Below, piece after piece: positions 12,701-24,700 of a stretch of DNA of 64,000 nt. Within the stretch, counting starts at the first letter, position 1. Each line of letters starts with the position of its first letter. This DNA comes from Antedon mediterranea. Taxonomy: Eukaryota; Animalia; Echinodermata. The position numbers and the translations under genes are program-made. The stretch spans positions 620,001 through 684,000 of the forward strand of contig NC_092671.1 in NCBI RefSeq assembly GCF_964355755.1. The letters are read 5' to 3'. Under the pieces are notes generated by a model. It made no database searches, was not told the origin of the DNA, and saw only the letters and a list, made by a program, of their open reading frames with translations.

Positions 12701-15700
12701 AAGTTTTTTAAGCTTAGTACACTCCTTTTCATCTTCACTCATCCATTGCTTTATGGTGTTTGGGTCTTCCTCGACCAGACGGTGAACATTCAAAGCTTTA
12801 AGGTAAACATCTGAGTTACAGTTTCTCATATTAACTGGTACATTATCTCGAAGATGTAAGACCCATGCTTTCATTTCTTGCTTTACCTCATGTTGACGAA
12901 TTATATACAAGTGTTTCTCAATCACTTGAGTTGCTATACGACGATTGCAGTGAGATGGAAACACAAGATCATATAATTTGGAACAAGGCTGGTGTTTCCA
13001 TGCAATGATGTTATCTATTAAAATCTGCATATCTTCAGGTCCAATAGTGAGATTTTTCCATTGTTTTGCACAGTGAACCAACTTGATCATTGTCACAAAG
13101 CAGTCAACAAGCTGTAAAACATTATCTGCTTGGTAAAAATTGTGTAAATGTTTACATTCTTCTCTAGAACAAGCTCTACCTGTTGCAAAAAATAGACACT
13201 GTTGTGTCTTTGCTTCGACATTCAAAAGGTTCTCTTTAACTCTTCTAAACCAGTTTGTTGCTTTAGGCAAACAATGTTTTTGTACAACATTTAAACGAGC
13301 CTGTTTGAATTTAGCTTCAGCAAATTGACTTTGAGAATTAGCTCCAAGATCTAAACCATAGAAGTGCTCTGCTGAGTTGACAAGCTGCTGACCTTTTGTA
13401 CCATCATAGTTGATTAAAATATCAACAAATCTATAAATTTTTGCCAGATTAGGAACGATTTTTCGCGAAAGCAATTCTTCTAGTTGTAGACGTAAGTGAA
13501 AGCATTCCATTTGACCTGCATCACTGGAAGCCTGAAGGAAGTGCTTTGCTGCATCACTCAGTAAAAAAATATCATTGTTCAACTCTGCAAGAATAAACTC
13601 ACAGTCTCCTAGAAGCCTTGGCAAACCTTTACTTATTTTCAATAACTTCAATGATTCTTCTGCATGTTTCTTGACGTCTTCTACCATTACTTTCCTTTTA
13701 CTTTCATATATCTGACAGCTTGACATTGGAGATTTCTCACAAACTACAGTACTTTCCTCTTTCAAGACATTGACTTCTTTGTCTTCACTATCATTCAAAT
13801 TTCCTGGAATATTTTCATCAGTAGAACCATCTCCTTCTGGCTTGATAGACTCAACATCATTTTCTATGTTATTTGACTCTGCTGTGATAGACATCTCTGG
13901 TGATTGAATCTCTGCAATCTCTTTTGATGGATTATCTGTCGATGGAATCTCTTCTTCAGTTTTTATTTCTACATCATTCTCAGTTGGCTGGTAACTTTCT
14001 GTTTCTAAAGTTTCTGTCTCTTTTTTGCTTAAGACCATATCACCATTCTCTTCTTTCTTAAGAAACTCTATGCCAGATTCATGTACAGTGGTTTTCTTAA
14101 GAAGGTCCATACCAGATTCATGAACAGCGCTTTTCTTAAGAGGCTTCAAACGGATAATATCAGAATCTTTAATAATTGGCTTTGTCAAATCAAAATTTCT
14201 GAGTTGTCTCATCTTCTGTTTTGCTAACTTTAAGTGGCATTCAGCACGGAATTCTAGGTGATCATTATGGCATAGCTCAATGGCTTGTAGAAGATCACCA
14301 GAAGCTTTCAAGATTTCAGCAGCCTCTTTCAACCTTCCTTCAGTTTTAAGAATTTCGACGGCATAGGGATGTAAGTTATAACCTTTCAAAAATGTTACTC
14401 GATCATCTACATTTGGTAATCTGTTCAAAGCTTCCAACATTTTAGGATAAGCTTTCTGTTGAAGATGTTGTTTAGCTGCACGATGGCAACATATGGCAAA
14501 ATTATCTCTGAAAAAACAATTTCATATGTTTATTTAACATTTGTTAGTGACAGAATAAAACAAAAAATAACTACAGTAGAATAGAAAATAAGATAATAGG
14601 TAAATGTTGCACTGGCCACATTTACATACCTTGGTGGTACACAACCATCAGGGCGGTCATTTACATACCTTGGTGGTACACAACCATCAGGGAGGTCATT
14701 TACATACCTTGGTGGTACACAACCATCAGGGAGGTCATTTACATACCTTGGTGGTACACAACTATCAGGGAGGTCATTTACATACCTTGGTGGTACACAA
14801 CCATCAGGGAGGTCATTTACATACCTTGGTGGTACACAACCATCAGGGAGGTCATTTACATACCTTGGTGGTACACAACCATCAGGGAGGTCATTTACAT
14901 ACCTTGGTGGTACACAACCATCAGGGAGGTCATTTACATACCTTGTGGTACACAACCATCAGGGAGGTCATTTACATACCTTGGTGGTACACAACCATCA
15001 GGGAGGTCATTTACATACCTTGGTGGTACACAACCATCAGGGAGGTCATTTACATACCTTGGTGGTACACAACCATCAGGGAAGTCATTTACATACCTTG
15101 GTGGTACACAACCATCAAGGAGGTCATTTACATACCTTGGTGGTACACAACCATCAGGGAAGTCATTTACATACCTTGGTGGTACACAACCATCAGGGAG
15201 GTCATTTACATACCTTGGTGGTAAACAACCATCAGGGAGGTCATTTACATACCTTGGTGGTACACAACCATCAGGGAGGTCATTTACATACCTAGTCATA
15301 GTCATAGTCATATATACTTTATTGTCCATTTAAAAAACAGAAATGTGATTTGAAAACTGGCAAAATACAAAAATATAAAATACAATTTACAAAAACACAC
15401 ACAAAAAGTTAAGAGGCTAAAAATTGTTAAAATTAGATAAAAATTATCGGTTACATTTTACCTTTGTACTCTGGAGTTATATAAGTGTATAGCATTAGGT
15501 ACAAACGAGCACCTAAACCGTTTTGTTTTGGTATTAAGTGCACGTAGTCTTATGCCAGAATTCATGAGAGCAAATTGTTTGTGAAGAGGATGTGTTTCAT
15601 CATCAATGATACTTTTTACTTTTTTTAACACATTTTCTTTATACAAGGATTCAACATCAGGTGCTCTCCTACTAGTCTAATTGCTCTATTTCCTATTCGA

Positions 15701-18700
15701 TTAAGTTTAATTTTATCTTTTTGGATTGTATTACCATAAAAACAAACATTACAAAAAAGTATTACGGTACACTGAGAATTACAGAGTTATAAAACAATTT
15801 AAGTATAGTTTTGTCAATTTGTAGGTACTTCATTTATCTTAAAATAAACATCCTTTGGTTGGCTTTGCATGTGGCTTTATTTACATTATCTATATATAAA
15901 TTTACGTAAGGGCAAAATTCGGTAAATCGCGCGTTATTTCTAGAATGTTTACTCGATGGAATATAAAGTTGGTTAGAATCTCGGTACTGATTTTAACCAC
16001 CTGATGTAACCCTGTTTACTAATTAAATTGAGTTAGATAATTAGTTATTGACAATTAAAACGAATTTAGGTTCAACGATTTGCCCCAAATAGGGGTGTTT
16101 TTCGATCGTGGTATACACTGTCTAATGGATGTCCGTCTTGAAAAATACCCACAGACAATAATACGAGGATGCTTCGCATTTTCCTATCTCCTCCTACGAT
16201 AAATGTTTTTAATGGCTGAAAACCGGTTGAACAGCTCGAGTACAGCATCATAATGTTGAAGACAGGCCGCTTTTCTTTAAAAAATACTATTTTGATAGAT
16301 TTAATATACGTTTATACAAATGTATTGATTTGCGATGAATGGAACATTCCAATCTCTGTTCCACAAGTGTCTATTCCCTCAGGCGTCGTAAAGGAAAGTA
16401 CTGTATACTCATAATAGAAATTTGATCCATTTTTTTTCTCAATCTGTGCTGCAGAGGTTGGATATAATTTTTTTAAACTGATAATGAGCTAGCGTTTTCA
16501 GTCGCAGTATATTATGTAAAAATCTTTATTATTGCATTTAAACCACCCACATCATCACCCTTCCCTCACTGGCATGAGTAGCGTTGTAAAGCCAGTACAG
16601 GATAGGCCTCGGTCCATCACATCCCCTAAACGCAGAACAAAAGTATGAATTGGCTCTAAGAAACAATTGAAAACCATTAGGCCTACTAATTAAGTTGAGT
16701 TAGATAATTTAATATTTATTGACGATTAAATCGAATTTATGATTTTCCTCGAATAGAGGTGGTTTTCACAAATTGTTTTACATTATATAAACATACACGT
16801 CGTAGTGATGTGTCGTTACATGTACTGTACTATTCCAATCGACTAGGACGGTGATAGTTTCAACAAAGTATTACATAGCAATGTTTTACTGTGTTTAGTG
16901 GTATATTATTTGTAAAACATGAAAAAAATTAATATTTCGTTACTAAATGGATAAAGAATATATTTAATATATTTAAAAATTGTTCCTCTTTGCACCCATC
17001 CTCTTCGCCATTCCTCACCCCTAATGTTACATACAAAACACAAATTAAGTTTGTTTAAATTTGACTTAAACAATTGGTCTCATTTTGTGACAAGTTTCTC
17101 TTTCGGAAGTAATTCTCAGGGTGCTAATTTTAGTTGAGTACATAAATCATTGTCTATTTATTCGTTCCTGTAAACAACATGTATTATTGTACGTACATTT
17201 GAAATCGCCAGTTTTTTAACGCTGAAATTATTATGTATTCGAGAACCATCTGTGGGCACGATCTAGATGGTACGCGAGCGAAGCGAGCGTACCATCTAGT
17301 TTATCCAATTTAGCTTATTGTCAATTATACAACCCAGATATTTGTACTCATTTACTACTTCAATCTCATTTTCATTTATAATCAGAGGTTCTAAGGGTTC
17401 TTTAATTTTCCTAAAATCAATTTGCATTTCTTTTGTTTTCTTTATGTTTAGTTTCAGGTTGTTATTGCAGCACCAGTGATAAAAATCACATCCTAGTTGT
17501 CTATAGCTTGTTTCATCATTGCCAGTAATGTATCCAGTGATGACTGTGTCATCTGCATATTTTACTATACAACATTCATTTGAATTGGCTCTGAAACTGC
17601 TGGTGAACAGTGAAAACAACATTGGGGAGATAACAGACCCTTGTGGCGTGCCAATGCTAACAGTTCTTTTATCAGATAAAATACCGTTTAGTTTAACATA
17701 CTGGAACCTTTTTGTTAAGAAATTATATATCCATGAAGTCAATGTGTCGTTTACGTTCATTTCTTTAAGTTTGCGTACTAATGAACCAGGTTCAACGGTA
17801 TTAAAAGCACTAGAAAAATCTATATACAAACATCTTACATATGATTTAGGCACATCTAAATGTTGGTAAATATTATGTAAGTGGAAGAGCACAGCATCTT
17901 CAACACTTACCTTGGTGGTACACAACCATCAGGGAGGTCATTTACATACCTTGGTGGTACACAACCATCAGGGAAGTCATTTACATACCTTGGTGGTACA
18001 CAACCATCAGGGAGGTCATTTACATACCTTGGTGGTACACAACCATCAGGGAGGTCATTTACATACCTTGGTGGTACACAACCATCAGGGAGGTTTATTT
18101 ACATACCTTGGTGGTACACAACCATCAGGGAGGTCATTGTTGGCTTTTCTCTGCTCATATCTTTCAACCACATCAGCTGCTTTGTCAAACTCTCTATTTT
18201 GTTTTAAAACCTTGACAGCTGTTGCATAGTCACCACGCTTTTCATGACATCGGCTAGCATCACGGTAACTCCCCAATCGGGTCTCAAAGATCTTTGCAGC
18301 ACCAGCAACCTAATATAAAAAAGAATGCATTTTATGAGTACAAAAAGCAAGATAGTAGAGAAAGAAATAATGATAATAATAAAATAAGGATAGATAATAA
18401 TTTTCAGATTTCCTTCATGCCCCATGAAGTACTTGCAAAAACATCCTAAACATAAAATATTTGCCACACGTTTTTTCTTGTGCTTCATATTATGCTTCTT
18501 TGTACAATGCTAATGTGTTTATTCATCTAAAATCTCAAAATGTAAAGATCTCGAAGGAAATTCGGAAATTATCATGTCTTTTTTCAATAATTTTGTAGTA
18601 CTGTAGTTTGTGACTTTCTAAGTTAAAATCAATTTATACCAGGGTATAAGTTTGTACTTACATCACCAATCTTTTCAAAGAGCTGAGCAGATAGATCAAA

Positions 18701-21700
18701 TGTCTTGCTGTTGAAGAGGCATCGCGCTGCTTCATTGTGCATTCCACACTGTAAGAAATCATACGCTGCTTGAAGATACCAATCACACATTTTGGAAACA
18801 TTCACTGATCCTTTCATCTTCTCTGCTTCAGTTACTCGAAGGCTGGCATTTGCTTTCAACACTTTCTCCTCTGAAAATGAAATTAGGACACTACTTCTGT
18901 TTTGCTTGTTCATCCAAGAAACAGATTTAGCAAAGGAGTTTTTTTTTATTTTCAAATGTTATCTATCTGTGTTTGTAGGTAAAAGAGTATAGTAGACTTA
19001 CCATTTCCCGCAGTTCTGTAGCATTTGAGTGCTACTTCCCATAGACTATTATTATAGAAGTAATCGCCTCTCTTCTCCCAGTCCTCTGGTGATGACTTTT
19101 CCACAAACATAACATCATGGACTATGAAAAGAAATACATCAACTGAAAATATCTTACTTATTTTAAGATCACGTTTGGCACAAAATGTTTTAATGCAGAG
19201 AAACCTTCTGGTGAAGTTTAAAGGTAAAGTGAACAGCTGTATTTCATGAATATACCATGACAGGCCCATTCTAATAATAATCGCATTAGAAAAGAAACAT
19301 TTTCAGTCTTTTCTTTTTAACAATATTTCAGGACTGTCATTTAGTAGTAGTAGTTATTAAAAAATTAAATTAAATTGTTATATTTTGTGTTTATCATGTT
19401 CTATTTACATTGGCTTTGACTTGATAAATCTTCTTTTGCTTCCAGAACTTGAACAAGTTTTCTAACTTTGAAGTATTGAAACATTGGCTTGCGATTGTTA
19501 ATGTCTTCATCAAAGATCCAAACATTCACACGAGCACGGCTGATGGCGGTATACAAATACTTCAATTCAGAATTCAATACCTGTGTTATAATAAAATGGT
19601 TTTTACTTTACAGCCTTACCTGCAATTACACTATATGTCATTAAATGAGGCATTGGTTAACAAATATCTGGGAAGATGTTCAAACTTCCTAATAAGTATC
19701 TTTTTTATTTCAATAAAATCAATACACAAAATTCAATGGATAGATTTATTTTATGAGGCACATTTTCTGTGTGAAGATGTGAGTCTTTTATCGCATTTGA
19801 TTGGAGCACTTATTTATTATTTTAACATGAATATTAATAAAAAGGTTCATCTGGATCTCTGTATACTGTAGTATTTAAATGATTTTTCTTTTGGATCATC
19901 CAAAAGAATAATTATTTGAATAACATGCATATTGATGCAAAGTGTATCTAACTTTACTGCTTGGACTTTAGTGATGCTGAATTACCTTGTGTTTATCAGG
20001 GTCAAAGGCCAGCTTCCTAGGTTGTTCTGCAGTACAATTCATGACATCAATGTCTAACTCAAACAAATTTGATTCACTGTTGTCATTGTTTGTATTCTGC
20101 ATTTGTATGTCATTCAGATGTTCGTGCACAACTCTCCACTCATCCTTTGCCTGTAAAAATATAAACCAAAATGATTATTTTTAGATTATAACTTAAATTG
20201 ATTACTTGAGTCATATGGCAGCAAGTGCACTCTATAATTAAAAAATTCAATATCGTTTATGTTAACAAAGTTTTTGTCCAGTTCACAAAGCCTAAGCATG
20301 TGATCTGGAAATATCAGCTTTTTACATTTATAATGATAATCGATTTTCTTACGGGAGAATCTTTAAAAAAGTTGTAGATCATGACATCATCAAACTCCAG
20401 ACCCTTAGCCTCAACGATTGTAAGACATAATGCAAGGCTCAGCTCTTCTGGTAATTGTTTTTTTGCTTCATCATTGGCTACTAGAATAACCTAAGAAGAA
20501 AAAGAATTAAAATTTAACGAGGAATGTCTGAAAAAAAAATCTGATCAAGTAACTATAAACATATCCCTGTGCATGTTAAAGAATGCAGTACACACTTCCA
20601 AAATAACAGGGGGAATCCTCTATATTTATGTAATCATCTGGATCTCACCTGATGAGCTCCAAACTCAATTTCAGAAGTCTTTCTTTTGTTTCCACGAAGT
20701 ATCATAGCAAGGTCACTAGTGCTACAGGAATCCAGTAGTACTGGTTTAGGTCCATCAAATAGACCTTGATCTCGCTTAAGACGATCAAATGAAGTTGGGA
20801 AAAAGAAGGATAGTAAATCCACCACACTGGCAGCCAACTCCAGTATTCCTTTAAAATAATAATGAATGAATGAAAATAATGTTACAGATTCAATAACTCT
20901 ACAGTACTGTAAATGTTGCAGTCATAAAAGTCATGTCATGTCTAGTTGTTAGGGAGCTTTTGATTTGCAGCAACCTTTAAGAAAGAACAAAAAAGAATTT
21001 GAGAAAATAATTACCAGCATGCGACCTGTAGTTGTGTGTAAGCTGGTAAACCTTCTTAGGCACAGCAACAGCTGACTGTTTTCCAAGAGCCTTCATAGAA
21101 TCCTTGGCATAGTGAAACAGAGATTTCAAGTCATCAAAACGGAAAGCAACTCCACGCATGATACTTTGAGCTGTGTCCCCTGCAAACAAAAATCATGGTA
21201 TACAATTTGCTAATCAGTTGTTTTATCTTGTCTAAGTAGAAATGGTTTTAAAACATAATACAACTAAAAATACCTGTTAGGAAAACAGCGTTTGGATCAC
21301 TACAGCATCGAATGAGCAAGGCTAGCTCGGCTTGGGTAAAGTCTTGTGTTTCATCAACATAGATCTGATGTATTGCCCAATCAGGTACCTCAACTTCTTG
21401 TAGACGTTTGTAGATGTCATACACAACATCGGCCTCATCAAAATAAAAGCGTTGTTTCTTCATATGCTGAAGAAGTACGGTAATGTTAATGAATTTAGTT
21501 CTGATTGACAAATGGGTGCTAATGCAAAATTTCAGTTATATATTTTCTAAATATTATTGCACCCAACAGACCTTGATTAAGTACTTAAAATAATTACATG
21601 CTCACTAATTGCTAATTTCTACAACATTTTTAGTTGTATGTTTGCTGTGCCTATGTATCTATATTAAAATATTATAATGTATTAGATAAATATATATATA

Positions 21701-24700
21701 AAGAAAAATAAACCCTATTAAAATAATAAATGAAAACTAGAATTTAATTCGTCACTTTGACGAATTATAGGTGATCATTTTTATCATTTTACTGAAATTA
21801 ATTTTTTTTAAAACATGCACATACGTTAACATACGATCGGAAAATGTTGATGTATGGCATCCTATTATACGCTTATAGTGCTGAATTGTGCCTATTTTAT
21901 GCCATATACAATATGTACAGTATATACTGTATATCTATATACAGTGTAGCATACATACTAAATACAGTGCAGAATAGGTGAAAATAACGGGACCCTCCTT
22001 TATTCCAAATTTTAAAATGATGACGTCATAAAAATGAAATACGTAGATAGCAATTTTGGAAGGAAATTATTTGAGCAACAACTTATTAATGTGTTGAAGA
22101 AATTGGGATACGCATAATATGGATGCGCGCTCTTTTAAATGTCATGAACTATGACGCAAAATATGAAAATACGACTTTTATAATTCAACTGGCCATATGA
22201 TGACGTCACAACATCAGATGCGCAAAATGTTTACATGAATTCGTATCTACAATTCAACAGCTTCCAGAAAACGTTTTAATCATGAGTATCTCTTTTTATT
22301 CTAAGGAGCTATAACATATTGAAATTTACTATAATGATGAAAATAAATGACCCAAGGAATTCATGCTTTTGAACATGATGACGTCATAACAATTTTTAAA
22401 ATGGTAAATCATTCGAAAGATAATTGATTGACCTAGACAATATCAAAATCAGGTGCAAAATGGAAAACGCATAAATGGATATGCGCTCTATTAAATGCGA
22501 TAAGCTATGACGAAAGAGACAAAAATCTAATATTTTATATTCGAGTGGCCATACAATGACGTCAAAATGTCCGGTTAGCCATATTGATGCATGATCCGAT
22601 ATCTACAACTCATCATCTTCCAGAATTTGTAATAAAAATAACTTTCACCGTTTAGTTTAGAAAATATGAAAAAAAGGCATAATTTTGACGAATTTTTTAA
22701 CTTTTTCATCAAAAACACGCGCAAATTCTCAAATTCGACGTGCTCGCATGACGTGATTTAAAGTCGAAATTGTTTAAAAGTTGGTAAAATTACGAGAAAA
22801 GGGCTGAAAAAACATAAATAAAGTGATAAAATATGTTTTTAACGCTACATGCGTGCCGCGGAATTTTTGACATGCTTAAAATGACATGAAATGCGTAGAA
22901 AATTGATTAGAAATTGATTTTTCATATTTTTAACTTTTAACGCGCGATTTTACGCGCATGAACCTATGTACGCGTGCGTTTTTATTTTCTAACATTTTTA
23001 CCCTTGACCTGAAGTTTACGTGTAGGGAATTTCATTAATATGTGATAATGAATTATGGAGATATGATTGATAATGCGATTTCACAAAATGGCGTATAAAT
23101 GACATCACGGATGAGTGATCGCGCTGAAAAGCTTTTTAGGAATAAGTTAAAGTATTAGAAAGACATTGTGAAATTCTTGTGATCATTGCCATTCAACTTT
23201 TTGAGATAATTGACACACAAAATCAGTACAGAAAGTAACAAATAATAAGATTTCATACAATAACAATAGGTGATCATTTTATTCTAAATGATCACCTAAA
23301 AACACTAAAAACAAATTTTTACATACTTCATAGATTTTAAAGAGTTCAAAAATCTCTTTCCGGTCACCAGTAAAACTTGGTGCCCTCTTTTTGCCCAATT
23401 TTTGATAGCCTTCTAGTTCCAGTTTTCCCTTGTCCGAGTGCAATGCTTCTATTGAGCCTACAAAACATTAAGTGTTTTAAGTGCATGCACATGCAACAAT
23501 CTAATTTCACTTAAGTGTAAAAAAATGGGAAGTTGATTACAATGATAAAACATATGTTGACTATTATCATGCTACAATATAATGGTACAAAATGGGAAGT
23601 TAATGTCAATGATACAAATATTTGTTGACCATAATCATGCTTGAGACATGTTTATTGTGGTTCCCACTAGGATGCAAGGCAACACACGTCTTGACGCTAA
23701 ATCATGTACTGGGAACCGACAACACAACAATACTGCATACATCGCAAGAAATCAAATCAGTTTGATTTCATGCACTGACGCAATGCAAAACATAGGAGAA
23801 ACATAGTACAGTGCATAGTCAAGTATGCAGAGTGAAGCAGGTCCAACGTTAACATGCAACCAACCACACTTTAAACATTTTTTTACCTTTAATAAAAGAC
23901 CTGATTTCCATCCAGACCAAAGTTGGATGATAAGGTAAGTTTTTCTTGTTGATTTTAGTCCAAAAGTTATTTTCAAAGATTTCATAAGTTACTTCATGCC
24001 GTTGGTCTCGAGTGCCCGTCTTCTTTTGCTGTTTCTCTTCAGCATCAGGATCAAACTCAACCTCTTTCTCCTCTCCATCTTCATCATCGTCATCATCCGA
24101 TTCATCGTCATCTGATTCATCCTTCATGTCCATCATATCAAGAATAGGCTGTTGTCCATCTCCTAGTAATAAAAGGTTTCATAATTAGTTGAATAAGACA
24201 TTGTTAACACTAGTGATGTTTTGGATGTTAAAATAACATGAAACAATACCTTCTTGCCATCCGCGTATTTCTTTCTTTAAAGAGCCATCAGGGTTTCGTT
24301 CAAAGAACGGCTGACCTGGAAGCGAAGCATCGAGTATCAAGAGAAACTGCCTGGAGTTGAGAAAGTATGGAAACCCTGTACTTGGAGCATCCTGAAAGCG
24401 ATGAGGGCGCTGTTCATCTTCTGTCTCCAAGTAATGCGTCGCTACATTACATCCATGTGCTAAATCACGGAAATTCTTAAGAACTTCATAACACAAAACT
24501 CGATTTTTTGTGATGAATATTTGATTGAGATGATCATAGGGTACTTCAGTGTCACTTTCTTCAGAATCAGTTTCTTGAGATACAGGGTTTGCGACAGCAC
24601 CTTCTTCTAATTCCTCATCGGATGATGTTATGTCAGTTTCATTTCCTAAATATGGTTAGCAATTAATATTATTTAAAAAATAAAAATAAATGATTAAAAT

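Noticed and set aside
14530-15329. Repetitive ORFs in several frames ([39 protein letters not shown])
   Set aside because: By-products of a 39-bp tandem repeat, not independent genes.
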